DNA from: an uncultured Fibrobacterota bacterium
GTDB lineage: Bacteria; Fibrobacterota; Chitinivibrionia; Chitinivibrionales; FEN-1185
Assembly: GCA_963753345.1 (NCBI GenBank)
Contig: CAVWBU010000035.1
Location: 64,001-128,000, forward strand
DNA: 64,000 bases
Reading direction: 5' to 3'
Shown here: in pieces, positions 50,019 to 60,346 of the stretch
Numbering within the stretch: the first letter of the stretch is position 1
How the letters are laid out: the number at the start of each line of letters is the position of its first letter
The notes under the pieces: generated by a model
The model's database searches: none
The model's input: only the letters and a program-made list of their open reading frames with translations
What the model was told of the DNA's origin: nothing
Translations under genes and position numbers: made by a program

Positions 50019-50644
50019 GGCGATTTCCTTGCAGTGCTGTCTTTGAGGATGCCGAGCTGCTCGAGCGGCCGGATGCGGTCGCGGAGCTCCTTGATTTCCG
50101 CGGTGGCGCTGCGGTTCCATTCGGTGAGCGCACGCGTTTCGGTCTCCTGCCTACGGATGCGCTGGTTCTGCTGATGGATGATGAACATGAGCGTGAGGAT
50201 CCACCCGAACAGGGTGATGAGAAGCGTGAGCGCCACCGGGCGCGACAGCCTGATACCGGTCTTTCTCGAAAGCATCCGTCCCCTGCGGCGCAGGTTGCCG
50301 AAGATCCCGCCTGCCGGCAGCGACTGTGCGTCCGGATAGATGGAGAAAATGCTCCGGTAGGGAGAGAACGCCTTTGAAACGCCTTCGTTCCGGAAAATAA
50401 ACAGGATGTCGCCGCCCTTGCCGCGCATGAGGTTAAGCAGCGAAAGGAACATCTGCGCAACGGAGTCGTCGATGTCAAGCACGTTCTCCATGTCGACCAC
50501 GAGCCGGCGGTTGCCGTCGTCGATAAGGCCGGCGATTTTCTCGCGCATGCTCGGCACCTGCTCGCCGTGGAACGGGCCCGATAAAAACAGCCACACCGCC
50601 TGGTTCCGGCCTTCGATGGTGATGTCGAGCGCTTCAGATCTCAT
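50015..50644 (-). CDS. STAS (anti-sigma antagonist-like) domain membrane protein
   Basis: LVVDMENVLDIDDS; C-terminal TM helix and coiled coil. Confidence 0.8.
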   Translation of the reverse strand: MRSEALDITIEGRNQAVWLFLSGPFHGEQVPSMREKIAGLIDDGNRRLVVDMENVLDIDDSVAQMFLSLLNLMRGKGGDILFIFRNEGVSKAFSPYRSIFSIYPDAQSLPAGGIFGNLRRRGRMLSRKTGIRLSRPVALTLLITLFGWILTLMFIIHQQNQRIRRQETETRALTEWNRSATAEIKELRDRIRPLEQLGILKDSTARKSP

Positions 50645-52562
50645 CCGACTGCCTTTCCGCAAGAGCGATGCGCCTGAACTGCAGCCTGCCGATAAGCGAC
50701 CACATGCCGCTGCCCTCGAGCGTGACCGGCGCGGTGAGCACGATCGTGATTGCTTCTGCCTGGCCCGGATCGACGCCCGGCGGCACGGCCGGATAGCACC
50801 ACACGTCCACCGGTTTCTGCAGCGCGCAGGCCACCATCACCCCGCACAAGGGATCGGCCACGAGCCATTCGGTAACCTGTGCAAGTTCCCGAAGACCGCT
50901 GCCCAGTCCCCGCAATCTTTCCTTCTTGTTAAGGAGGTAGGCCTTGTCCGCCGCGATGCCGGGAAGCGACACGGTGAGTTCAACCGCGAGGCGGAACGAG
51001 TACGGGGTGAGCGAGTTGTTGGTGATCTGGTAGACAAAGGACAGCGCGGGGCGGTCCTTTTCGAGCCCCAGAACCTTTTCCATTGACAAGGGGCAGTTCC
51101 TGCCTGCCTGCACGAGGGATCCCTGGCGGTGGAGGGACGTCTTGATGCTGTCGCCCGCCTTCTTGATCTTGTACTCGTACGCGCCGCAGAAGAAATCGCC
51201 GAGCTCGGGCGCGCTCTTCGCCCGGTACTGCTCCGCCTGCGTCGCGGTGTCCACCATGCGGTCCACGAACATGGTATACGAGAGCCCGGGCTCGATCACC
51301 ATGGGAAGGGCGTGGCGCGACGGGTTGTACCCGGCGCACACGTTGGCGCGCCTGCGTTTGAAATCGATTTCGAACACGCTGCCGCCGTTCTGGTGGTCCA
51401 CGTAGACCGCGAGGTTCTTGTTTGTCATGATGATGCTTTTGCCGCCGTTGCGCAGGAAATCGGCGATGCGGATCTGGCCGCCGCTCACGCCGTCGCGCTC
51501 GCGCAGTTCAGCCTCTATCCCGATGAGCTTTTCGTAGCACCACATGCGGTCGTGCAGCCGCGTGAAGCCGCTTGACTTCGACGGGATGAACCGGTTTATG
51601 TCGGAAACGAAGAACAGCGTCTTCTTGTGCGGCTCCACGTGCTTGGCGTCGCGGCGCGAGCCGATGACGTCCGCGACGTCCATCAGCTTGCGCTGGATGA
51701 TGCCCACCTGGTCGAACGAATGCAGGTAATTGACGAAATGCGGGGCGGTGTCGGAATCGTCCCGCCGGAGCACCAGGCTCTGCGGCAGGTACATGAGCCC
51801 GAGCGGCGGGTTCGACGAGAGAAACTCGGTGAATCGAATGGGCTGGTAGGTGAGCAGCAGCCGGTCGAACACGGCGGCCGCCTCCAGAAGCGCGCGCTGC
51901 GTCGCGGCCATGTCCTGCGACAGCAGGGGGCAGAGAAAGTCGATGCACAGCAGCTTGACAGGATCGGAATTCTTCTCGTCTGCGGCGAACTGGTCCTGTA
52001 TCCACGTTTCCATGGAGCCGGCCACCGTGGACGGATAGATGGCATGCACGGGAAACAGAACGGTCGACGAACCGGCGAATTCGGTGACCCAGTATCCCAG
52101 GCGCGATCGGTGCTGGCCCGCAAGGAGCGAGCGCGACAGCACGCTGTAATGGATGCCCGCGCCGTTGAGAACATCGATATACGACGGCTCCCAGTTGGAA
52201 AACGGGGGTGCGAAGCCGGCCGGGCGGCATCCCGCGTATTCCTGGAACGTTGCAATGCCGTGCCGCAGGTTCTCATTGAACAGCCACTGGGGGCAAAAGC
52301 TCAAAAACGGCTCGGTGTAGCCTGTTGTCAACCACTCGATCGCGCCCTTCTTGTGCATCTCGCGGAACTGCAGAAGGAGCATGGGGTCGATCGCTTCGAG
52401 AAAATACCCGGGCATCACGAGATTGAGCCGGATGTTCTGGTACGAATTGCCTATGTCAAGAACGGTCCTGGCGAAATCGTTCACCGCTTCCCGGAACGTG
52501 TTTCGGGGAGCGAGTGCGTTCTTATAGGGATGGATGAGAAAGGCGATGGAGTGGCGTTTCAT
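50634..52562 (-). CDS. GH57 / DUF1926 4-alpha-glucanotransferase-like protein, degenerate active site
   Basis: IEWLTTGYTEPFL and WEP; C-terminal beta domain with GGSVFEID. Confidence 0.7.
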   Translation of the reverse strand: MKRHSIAFLIHPYKNALAPRNTFREAVNDFARTVLDIGNSYQNIRLNLVMPGYFLEAIDPMLLLQFREMHKKGAIEWLTTGYTEPFLSFCPQWLFNENLRHGIATFQEYAGCRPAGFAPPFSNWEPSYIDVLNGAGIHYSVLSRSLLAGQHRSRLGYWVTEFAGSSTVLFPVHAIYPSTVAGSMETWIQDQFAADEKNSDPVKLLCIDFLCPLLSQDMAATQRALLEAAAVFDRLLLTYQPIRFTEFLSSNPPLGLMYLPQSLVLRRDDSDTAPHFVNYLHSFDQVGIIQRKLMDVADVIGSRRDAKHVEPHKKTLFFVSDINRFIPSKSSGFTRLHDRMWCYEKLIGIEAELRERDGVSGGQIRIADFLRNGGKSIIMTNKNLAVYVDHQNGGSVFEIDFKRRRANVCAGYNPSRHALPMVIEPGLSYTMFVDRMVDTATQAEQYRAKSAPELGDFFCGAYEYKIKKAGDSIKTSLHRQGSLVQAGRNCPLSMEKVLGLEKDRPALSFVYQITNNSLTPYSFRLAVELTVSLPGIAADKAYLLNKKERLRGLGSGLRELAQVTEWLVADPLCGVMVACALQKPVDVWCYPAVPPGVDPGQAEAITIVLTAPVTLEGSGMWSLIGRLQFRRIALAERQSDEI

Positions 52563-52641
52563 GACTATCATAGTATATAATGGCCGGATGAATGAGACAA
52601 TGGTGAAAGATGGGGAATTTTATACAGGATATGCTTTTGAT

Positions 52642-53151
52642 GGGGGACGTTTCCCCCTCGCTCCGGCCCGGCGCTAACATTCAGATTTTGGCATATCGTC
52701 AACTGCGCCGGTCCTGCGCTACCCCCTCCTGGGTGGCCCCCAAGAAGAAGTAGTTGCAGAACCAGACTCCTGCGTGGGGGCACCCAAGTAGATCGGCTGT
52801 GTTGAAACTTTCTTTACTTTGTCACTTTGTTACTATGTCACTCTTTTTCTGCGGCAGCACCGAGAAAAAGAGTTGAGGAGTTGAGAAGAAAAAGCGTTGA
52901 ATAGTTGAAACGTTGAAAAGAAATAAAATCCGAAGAGGATATCCGGAAACTGATTTATTGTGGATGCGGATTGGCGGTGGAAGAGGTAGTTGACTAATGG
53001 ATTTCTTCTGCCGCGCGCTAGGCAGGACCGTAGGGTGCGCTGGAGCGCATTGCCGCCTGATCCCTCGCCGAAGGCGGTAGGGACAGGCGGCAACGAGGCG
53101 AATAGCCGAGCCCGGAGGGAGGGCCGCCGCTGCGCAGCAGCGGGGCGCCCA
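52642..53151. repeat. Composite repeat: family B copy 6 (52642-52786) plus linker plus family A copy 8 (52990-53151)
   Basis: Same architecture and linker as 48794..49196. Confidence 0.88.
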
Positions 53152-53166
53152 GATTTTAGGTATTTA

Positions 53167-53694
53167 TTAATATTTTACATCGGCAAACTCAACCCATCCC
53201 CCGGCCTTGACAAGCGCCTCATCAAAAGGATTGAGCGAGAACGCCACGGAACGGCTCTTGTCCCTGCCCCACGAGAAGATAAGCGTCTTCTCGTGAAAGT
53301 CAACATCGCATACGGTGTTGGATCGGTCGCACGCGGAAAACAGGCCGTCGATGTCGGCCTTGGGAAGCTCTATGGCCATCATGCCGCAGTTGAACATGTT
53401 CTGCCGGAAGATGCGCGCAAAGCTCTCTGCGACGACAACCGTGATGGCGTTTTCCTCGAGCGCCCATGGCGCGTGCTCGCGCGACGACCCGCACCCGAAG
53501 TTCGAGCGCGACACCACGACGCGGCGGTTCTTGATCCCGGATTTCGGATCAAAACCCGCAAGCTTCAGGTCTTCGAGCAGGTGCGGCCCCAGCGCGTCCT
53601 TCGTCACCTCGTTGAGATATTTGGCCGGAATGATTTCGTCGGTGTTGATGTCCGGTCTGTCGAGAAATAATACCGGGCCTCCGAATGTTTTCAT
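53167..53694 (-). CDS. leuD: 3-isopropylmalate dehydratase small subunit
   Basis: INTDEIIP, NFGCGSSREHA and SFARIFRQN. Confidence 0.92.
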   Translation of the reverse strand: MKTFGGPVLFLDRPDINTDEIIPAKYLNEVTKDALGPHLLEDLKLAGFDPKSGIKNRRVVVSRSNFGCGSSREHAPWALEENAITVVVAESFARIFRQNMFNCGMMAIELPKADIDGLFSACDRSNTVCDVDFHEKTLIFSWGRDKSRSVAFSLNPFDEALVKAGGWVEFADVKY

Positions 53695-53696
53695 GA

Positions 53697-54995
53697 TTAG
53701 TTCCTTTCCTTCAGATAGTTTCTGGGATCTGTCAATTTGCCCGTGATCCCGCTCGCGGCTGCCGTGGCAGGGCTCACTAAATGCACCATGCCGCCCTTGC
53801 CCATGCGGCCGTAGAAATTCCTGTTCGTGGTCGACGCGCACACCTCACCTTCGGCGAGCACGCCGTTGCTCATCCCGAGGCATGCGCCGCAGGTCGGGTT
53901 GGTCACGCAGTAACCCGCGTCCAAGAATGTTTGGATGATCCCTTCCTTCATGGCCTCTGCGAAAACTTTTGGGGTGGCGGGACTCACGATGCCGCGTACG
54001 CCCTTTGCCAGCCGTGTGCCCTTGACAATTGCCGCAGCGATGCGCAGATCGGAAATCCTGCCGTTGGTGCAGGAGCCTATGTACACTTGGTCAATCTTTA
54101 CATCCGCAAGCTCGCGGACCTTCTTCACCTGGTCGGGCTTGTAGCCGATGGTTGCGACAGGTTCAAGGACGCTTGCGTCTATTGTCAAGCGTTTCTCGTA
54201 GGCCGCGTCCGGATCGGAATGCCACTTCCTGAAATCGGCGAGCGCCGCGGCCTTGTCGTTCTTGTACTGCGCTGCGATAAAGGGCCAGAGATATTCCACG
54301 GTCTGCATGTCGGGCATGCATATGCCGCTTGTTGCGCCCGCCTCCACTGCCATGTTACAGAGCGTCATGCGCTCGTCCATGGTCATTGCATCAACCACCG
54401 GCCCGCAAAATTCGATGATGCGGTCTGTTGCGCCGTTTACCGTGAGCGTCCGGATGATTTCGAGAATGACGTCTTTGGCATAGACTCCCTTTGCAAGCGT
54501 TCCGGTTATGTCAATTCTGATCGTTTGCGGCGGCCGGAACGCGCACACGCCCTTGAGGATGCCCACCTCCAGATCGGTGGTGCCCACGCCGGCAGCAAAC
54601 GCTCCGAACGCGCCGTGCGTGCACGTGTGGCTGTCACCCATGATAACCGTGTATCCGGGCCGGACAAATCCCTTTTCGGGAAAAAGGGCGTGACACACGC
54701 CGTTGTATCCTATGTCAAAGAAGTCAACGATGTTGTGCCGCGTCGCCCAGTCGCGCAGCATTTTCGCCTGCGTGGCGCTTTTGCTGTCCTTGGGCGGGCT
54801 CACATGGTCGATGACGGCCTTGATCTTCGCCGGATCGAATACGCGGTCCTTACCGCGGGCCATTAAATCCGCGATCGCGATGGGCGTGGTTATCTCGTGG
54901 CACATGACCACGTCGATGGCCAATACTTTTGTGCCCGGGAAGGGTTCGTCCTTGACATGCGAGTCGAAAATTTTCTGGGTGATTGTTCTACTCAT
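53697..54995 (-). CDS. leuC: 3-isopropylmalate dehydratase large subunit (short LeuC/HacA type)
   Basis: DSHTCTHGA, IGSCTNGR, CGACLG and STTNRNF. Confidence 0.92.
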   Translation of the reverse strand: MSRTITQKIFDSHVKDEPFPGTKVLAIDVVMCHEITTPIAIADLMARGKDRVFDPAKIKAVIDHVSPPKDSKSATQAKMLRDWATRHNIVDFFDIGYNGVCHALFPEKGFVRPGYTVIMGDSHTCTHGAFGAFAAGVGTTDLEVGILKGVCAFRPPQTIRIDITGTLAKGVYAKDVILEIIRTLTVNGATDRIIEFCGPVVDAMTMDERMTLCNMAVEAGATSGICMPDMQTVEYLWPFIAAQYKNDKAAALADFRKWHSDPDAAYEKRLTIDASVLEPVATIGYKPDQVKKVRELADVKIDQVYIGSCTNGRISDLRIAAAIVKGTRLAKGVRGIVSPATPKVFAEAMKEGIIQTFLDAGYCVTNPTCGACLGMSNGVLAEGEVCASTTNRNFYGRMGKGGMVHLVSPATAAASGITGKLTDPRNYLKERN

Positions 54996-55028
54996 GATGG
55001 CTTTGTTTCCTTTCTTTTTGCTAATATG

Positions 55029-55186
55029 TTCTGGTGGGGACACCGCTTCGCGGTTTCCCCTGGGGTGCAGCTTCCTCCCGCCGATTTCGACGGGAGGTGA
55101 TCTGCACCCACACCCTTTCCAGCGGAAACCGTGCACGAGGCGCACCGTTTACACAGTGCGCGCGTGTCACGTTTCCGCAACGCCTT
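55029..55186 (-). repeat. Intergenic repeat family C, copy 2
   Basis: Reverse complement matches 4458..4612. Confidence 0.85.
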
Positions 55187-55261
55187 CGCTATGGAATGCC
55201 GCTTCGCGGCGATGAATGCGAAACGGCCCGACCTTACTTATTATCCGTCAACAACTCTCCT

Positions 55262-55387
55262 TGGGTGCCCCCCAGCCGCAGATTGATTCTTGCAACTACT
55301 CCATCTTGGGGGTCACCCAGGAGGGGGTAGCGCAGGACACCGCAGGCCGAAGGCCGAGGAGGCCGGAGCGAGGGGGAAACTTCCCCC
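55262..55387 (-). repeat. Intergenic repeat family B, copy 7
   Basis: TGGGTGCCCCC...GGTCACCCAGGAGGGGGTAGCGCAGGAC...GGCCGGAGCGAGGGGGAAACTTCCCCC. Confidence 0.85.
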
Positions 55388-55406
55388 ACATGAACATGAA
55401 TTGACA

Positions 55407-56000
55407 TTATTTCTCCTCCAAATAATCCTTATGCGGCGGAAGTGCATTCCACACGGCCCTGAACACCGACTTTCCTTTATTCACAAGTTTGTGGGGCAGG
55501 TGCGAATCGTAGGAGACGCTGTCCCCTTCGCCCACGGCGAACTCCTCGCCGTTGACAACAAGGACCGCGTTTCCCGACAGCACGTACCCCATCTCCACCC
55601 CTTCGTGGCCGTTGCCCGACATGCCGGCCTCTCTGCCCGGCGCGATTTCCAGAAGCAGCATTTCGGCAGGATGGCCTGCGTCGCCGCTTGCGGCGAGCTG
55701 TTCGAACCGCACGCCCCTGCTCTGCGTCGAAAGCCGTTTCCCGCGGTGATGCACTCTTACCGGCGCACCAGGCGAGACTCTGCGGAACAAGTCCGCCGCG
55801 TCCATGTCGAGCGCAGCGCATACCCCCATGAGGGTATCGATCGAGGGCGCCACGCTGCCCCGCTCGATCTGGGAGAGCATGCTCGTGGAGATTCCGGCCT
55901 TCTGTGCCACCTCGCCCTGATTCTTCCCGAGCTTTTCGCGGAAAAGCCTGAGAATCTTGCCTATTTCAGGTACGAGCGATTTAAGTGATACTGTACTCAT
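55407..56000 (-). CDS. XRE-family transcriptional regulator with a cupin domain
   Basis: VAQKAGISTSMLSQIERG..PS HTH; HEGVEMGYVLSG and GDS...PH cupin. Confidence 0.92.
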   Translation of the reverse strand: MSTVSLKSLVPEIGKILRLFREKLGKNQGEVAQKAGISTSMLSQIERGSVAPSIDTLMGVCAALDMDAADLFRRVSPGAPVRVHHRGKRLSTQSRGVRFEQLAASGDAGHPAEMLLLEIAPGREAGMSGNGHEGVEMGYVLSGNAVLVVNGEEFAVGEGDSVSYDSHLPHKLVNKGKSVFRAVWNALPPHKDYLEEK

Positions 56001-56136
56001 TACAGTAATTATAAAACATTTCCGGCGAAAAAGCAAGCATTTTATTTGCGGCCATGGGACAGGCACGGGAAATTATTTTTATTCGTGCCGAGCAACCATC
56101 CGCATTTGTGGAGCGTTGGGCGGCAGGGAGCATGCC

Positions 56137-57069
56137 ATGGACAGCAGCGAACAGAAACAGGCCCCCGAGCAGAGCCCGGGAAGCCTTATCAACATAGAGG
56201 ACCTCGACAACCTCAAGAAACTCACCGACCTGCGCTGGATCGAGATCGCCAGCGGCGACGTTGAGACCCACATTCAAAACGACGAAAGCGCGCTTGACAC
56301 CATCGGCAAGAAACCGGGCACCTACTACCGGGACATCATCTTCGCGCTCATCCAGATCCGGCTTCCCGAGGAGGAGGCCCAGCGCGACTGGAAGGAGATC
56401 CTCAAGCACAAGTTCCTCATCAGCGAGAAGCTGGGCCGCAACGTGGGCATCCACGTGGCCACGCTCGACTATTACACCAATATCAAGCGCAAGATCATCA
56501 GCCCCAAGATCGTTGACGCACGCGAGTATGTGGACACGGCGAGCCGCGCCCTTGTCGACGATTTGACAAAAGCATATAACCGCCACTTCTTCGACGAAGA
56601 GTTCAAACGCCTGTTTTCCGAGGCGTCTCGGAAGGGAACGTTGTTCTCGCTCATCATGCTCGATCTGGACCATTTCAAGATTTACAACGATCTCAACGGC
56701 CACATCCAGGGCGACCTTGCGCTCATCGAGACCGTGAGGATCCTGCACGCCGTGTGCAGCCCCGACGACTCGGTCACGCGCTACGGCGGGGAGGAATTCG
56801 CGATCCTTTTGCCGTCCCAGCCGCTCAATCTGGCCCTCAAGACGGCCGAAAACATCCGCGCGGCCATCTTCGATTACCGGTTTGTAAACGAGCAGCAGCT
56901 TCCCAACAAGCGTCTCACCGCGTCGCTCGGCGTCACCGCGTACCGCAGTGAACTCAAATCCGCCATTGCCATGACCGAAGAGGCCGATTCGGCGCTGTAC
57001 CAGGCGAAAAATACGGGCCGCAACCAGGTGAAGGCGTACCTCACCAGCGTTGCCGGACAGCAGCTATGA
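56137..57069 (+). CDS. Diguanylate cyclase (GGDEF) with a small helical N-terminal domain
   Basis: DLDHFKIYNDLNGHIQGD, RYGGEEF and AKNTGRN. Confidence 0.9.
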   Translation: MDSSEQKQAPEQSPGSLINIEDLDNLKKLTDLRWIEIASGDVETHIQNDESALDTIGKKPGTYYRDIIFALIQIRLPEEEAQRDWKEILKHKFLISEKLGRNVGIHVATLDYYTNIKRKIISPKIVDAREYVDTASRALVDDLTKAYNRHFFDEEFKRLFSEASRKGTLFSLIMLDLDHFKIYNDLNGHIQGDLALIETVRILHAVCSPDDSVTRYGGEEFAILLPSQPLNLALKTAENIRAAIFDYRFVNEQQLPNKRLTASLGVTAYRSELKSAIAMTEEADSALYQAKNTGRNQVKAYLTSVAGQQL

Positions 57070-57944
57070 AGGACCAGACGATTACAGGCGACACCCGTCT
57101 TGTGGGATTGCTGGGAAATCCGGTGGCGCATTCGCTGTCGCCGGCCATTCACAACCACGTGTACGCGACGCTCGGGCTTCCGCTCGCGTACGTGCCGCTC
57201 GCGGTTTCCCCGGCCTGCCTCCACCAGGCCGTGCAGGCGATGCGGGCCTGCGGCTTTGCGGGCGCGAACGTCACCATTCCCCACAAGCAGGAAGTGCTGC
57301 CCTTCTGCGACATGGTTTCGCCGCTGTCCGCGCTTTCCAAAACGGTGAATACCCTTTACTTCCGCGACAACATCCTTCACGGAACGACAACCGATTTCGA
57401 GGGGCTGCTTGCCGCGCTGGGCCGCATGGGGCATAACCCGACAGACGGCCGCATCGTGATCCTGGGCAACGGCGGCACCGCGCGCACGTTTGCCTTTGCG
57501 TTTGCATCCGAGAAGATCCCGGGCAAGCTCACACTGGCGGGACGCGACGAACGCAAAGTGCGTGGCCTGGCGGAGGAAGTTGCCGCCGCCACAGGCTTCC
57601 CTGTCGCCGCGGTGCAGTTCTCATCCGACAAGCTGCAACAGGCCGTGCGCGAAGGCACGCTGTGCATCAACTGCACGCCCGTGGGCATGCACCCGGACAC
57701 GGCCGCGTCGCCCCTCATCGGCCGCATGCTTCACAAAGGCATTGCGGTGTTCGACACCGTGTACAATCCCCGCAAAACGTTGCTGTGCAGGGAGGCCGAA
57801 CAAGCGGGGTGCGCCTGGTCGGGCGGGCTGCACATGCTCGTGCACCAGGCGCTTGCGTCCATGAAATACTGGACCGGCCGCGACATCAACCCGGCCATTG
57901 TCGACATGGACGAGCTTGCCGGGCTGGCCGAAGCCGGGAATTGA
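57066..57944 (+). CDS. aroE: Shikimate dehydrogenase
   Basis: HSLSPAIHN, GANVTIPHK, VNT, GNGGTAR and NCTPVGM. Confidence 0.93.
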   Translation: MKDQTITGDTRLVGLLGNPVAHSLSPAIHNHVYATLGLPLAYVPLAVSPACLHQAVQAMRACGFAGANVTIPHKQEVLPFCDMVSPLSALSKTVNTLYFRDNILHGTTTDFEGLLAALGRMGHNPTDGRIVILGNGGTARTFAFAFASEKIPGKLTLAGRDERKVRGLAEEVAAATGFPVAAVQFSSDKLQQAVREGTLCINCTPVGMHPDTAASPLIGRMLHKGIAVFDTVYNPRKTLLCREAEQAGCAWSGGLHMLVHQALASMKYWTGRDINPAIVDMDELAGLAEAGN

Positions 57945-57961
57945 CAGAACGGAGCATTCGC

Positions 57962-59239
57962 GTGAAGTGGCGGGTGAAAAAGTCCGTACTCTCGGGAACG
58001 ATCGCGGTCCCGGCCTCAAAATCGCACACCATCCGGGCGCTGGCGGTTTCGACCCTGGCGCAGGGCACGTCGCATATAGCAAACGCGCTTTGCACGGGCG
58101 ACGGCGCCTCGGCGATCGCGGCCGCACGGAGCATGGGCGCGGACGTAAGCCTTTCGGGAACCGCGCTTGCCGTGACGGGCGTCGGCGGGGATTACAACCG
58201 TGGCGCGGACAATTTCTGCATGGAAAATTCCGGGACCAGTACTAACCTGTTCGCCTCAATCGCGGCGCTGGGAAGCAGACGCCGGCGGTTCGACGGCGAC
58301 GCATCGCTGCGCACCAGACCGTTTCGACCGGTTCTGGAAGCCCTCGGGAAGCTCGGAGCGACGTTCGGGTTCGAACAGCAGGGGAGCGACTTGCCGTTCT
58401 GGGTATGCGGCCCGATCCGCGGCGGAACCACCACGGTAAACGGTTTTTCGTCGCAGTTTGTTTCGGGCCTTCTGTTCGCGTGCCCCTACGCGCCAGAGGA
58501 CACGAATATCATCGTTGAGAACCTTCACGAGCGGCCGTACGTCGAAATGACGCTGCGCTGGCTTGACAGGATGGGCATCCGGTACGAGGCGTCGGCCGAT
58601 CTCGCGCATTTTCGCATGCAGGGCAGGCAAACGTACCGCCCCGTCGACGTCGCCGTTCCCGGCGATTTTTCGTCGGCCACGTTTGCCGCGGTCGCCGCGC
58701 CGCTCACCGGTTCAAGAATTGCGCTTACCGGCCTTGACTTTAGCGATTCTCAAGGCGACAAGGCCGTGTTCGACGTGATTTCCCGCATGGGCGGTCTCGT
58801 GGAGAAAAGCGCCGCGGGCGCGGCCGTGGACGGCCGGGGCGACATCCGCGGCGTGGAAATAGACCTCAATGCCATGCCCGACGCTTTGCCGGCGCTCAGC
58901 GTGCTCGGCTGCAGGGCCCAAGGCGAAACCGCAATTGTAAACGTCGCGCAGGCGCGCATCAAGGAGACCGACCGTATCGGCGTAATGGCTGCCGAGCTTG
59001 CGAAAATGGGAGCCGATGTGGCCGAGAAGAAAGACGGCCTTGTCATCCGCCACCGCTCGCTGAAAGGCGCGCAGGTCGACGGCCGCGGAGACCATCGCGT
59101 GGTGATGGCGCTGGCGCTCGCCGGCATGGCAGCGGAGGGGGAAACCGTTATTGACTCGGCCGAAGCTGCGGCCGTGACGTACCCGGGCTTTGTGAAGGAC
59201 TTTCGGGCGCTCGGGGCGGATATCGATACAATTGACTAA
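57962..59239 (+). CDS. aroA: 3-phosphoshikimate 1-carboxyvinyltransferase
   Basis: SKSHTIR, NSGT, SSQFVSG, KETDRI and DHRVVM; GTG start. Confidence 0.95.
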   Translation: MKWRVKKSVLSGTIAVPASKSHTIRALAVSTLAQGTSHIANALCTGDGASAIAAARSMGADVSLSGTALAVTGVGGDYNRGADNFCMENSGTSTNLFASIAALGSRRRRFDGDASLRTRPFRPVLEALGKLGATFGFEQQGSDLPFWVCGPIRGGTTTVNGFSSQFVSGLLFACPYAPEDTNIIVENLHERPYVEMTLRWLDRMGIRYEASADLAHFRMQGRQTYRPVDVAVPGDFSSATFAAVAAPLTGSRIALTGLDFSDSQGDKAVFDVISRMGGLVEKSAAGAAVDGRGDIRGVEIDLNAMPDALPALSVLGCRAQGETAIVNVAQARIKETDRIGVMAAELAKMGADVAEKKDGLVIRHRSLKGAQVDGRGDHRVVMALALAGMAAEGETVIDSAEAAAVTYPGFVKDFRALGADIDTID

Positions 59240-59350
59240 TCAGAATGCAGAGTTCTGGAGGAGCGACATTTCTCCCCGGTAAAAAAAGATCAGGCCGCTT
59301 TCCCGGGGAAATACGGCCTGGAAATCGCACGTGAAGCCTTTCAAGCTTCC

Positions 59351-60346
59351 TTACTTCAAATCTATCACCACGAGATCGACCCGCCGGTTCTTGGCCCTTC
59401 CTTCCTTGGTGCTGTTGGTCGCTATGGGCCGCTTGAAACCGTATCCTGCGAAGGATAGCCGGTTTTCGGTGATGCTCTGTGAAACGAGGAAGTCGCGAAC
59501 GTTTTTCGCCCTTCTCGTTGAAAGGTCTTTGTTGTATGCTTCGGTCCCGATATTGTCGGTGTGGCCCTCCACAACGACGCGGCACCTGGTGTACACCGAA
59601 AGAATCCCCGCCATTTTTGCAAGGCTTGTCTTGAGCTCGTTTGTCAAGTCTGCTTTGTCAAAACCGAAAAGAAGGTCGGACATTGAAATAATAATGCCGC
59701 GCGCGTCCTTTCTCACCTTGATGAGCTGGCTCTCCAGGGACTTGAACCTTCGCTCGGCATCTTCCTTGAGCTTCTTGTTCTTTTCGTTTTCGCTGTCGAG
59801 CTTCGCCCGAAGCTCCGACGCCTTGTCCTTTTCAATGCCCGCGATCTTCTCGTACACGGCGTTGAGTTCGCCATGGAGCGAATCGCGGCTCGCGGCGATT
59901 TGCGACAGCTCATTTTCCAGGTCGTTTTGCTGGAACTGGATCATTGCGGCCTCAGAGGCCAGCGAGCATACCTCGAACATCTCTCGGGCCCTTTTCTCCT
60001 TGGCGCCGGACCCAATCCATTCGAGAATCCCTTTGTTTTCCTTTCCGCCCGGGTAGTTTTCCAGCATAAATTGGTAAGCGACCTCAATTCTGGCAAGAGC
60101 ATAGCTATAGAGATCAATGCCGCTCAGCGTGCCGCTTGATCGCTGCTGGTACGCGTCCTTTAATTCCGTCTTGAGCTCAAGAAGCGCGTTTGTCATGGCG
60201 GCAGGTCCGCGCGTGGCGCTGAGCGTGTCCGGCGCGGCAGCAGGCGCGGCCGCAGCTCCGGTCCCCGGTTTTGAAGCGGAGTCAACGGCGGCTGTTGCAG
60301 ACATTGCTGTCAGCAGCACTGCTATGAAAAGGATTGTCCGTTTCAT
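59351..60346 (-). CDS. OmpA-family peptidoglycan-binding protein with a coiled coil
   Basis: Signal peptide; LFGFDKA, EGHTD, LSTRRA and NRRVD. Confidence 0.9.
   Translation of the reverse strand: MKRTILFIAVLLTAMSATAAVDSASKPGTGAAAAPAAAPDTLSATRGPAAMTNALLELKTELKDAYQQRSSGTLSGIDLYSYALARIEVAYQFMLENYPGGKENKGILEWIGSGAKEKRAREMFEVCSLASEAAMIQFQQNDLENELSQIAASRDSLHGELNAVYEKIAGIEKDKASELRAKLDSENEKNKKLKEDAERRFKSLESQLIKVRKDARGIIISMSDLLFGFDKADLTNELKTSLAKMAGILSVYTRCRVVVEGHTDNIGTEAYNKDLSTRRAKNVRDFLVSQSITENRLSFAGYGFKRPIATNSTKEGRAKNRRVDLVVIDLK

Noticed and set aside
55029-55186. Leucine attenuator, T-box or riboswitch upstream of leuC
   Set aside because: No Leu-rich leader peptide or T-box motif, and the same sequence occurs at 4458 between convergent genes.
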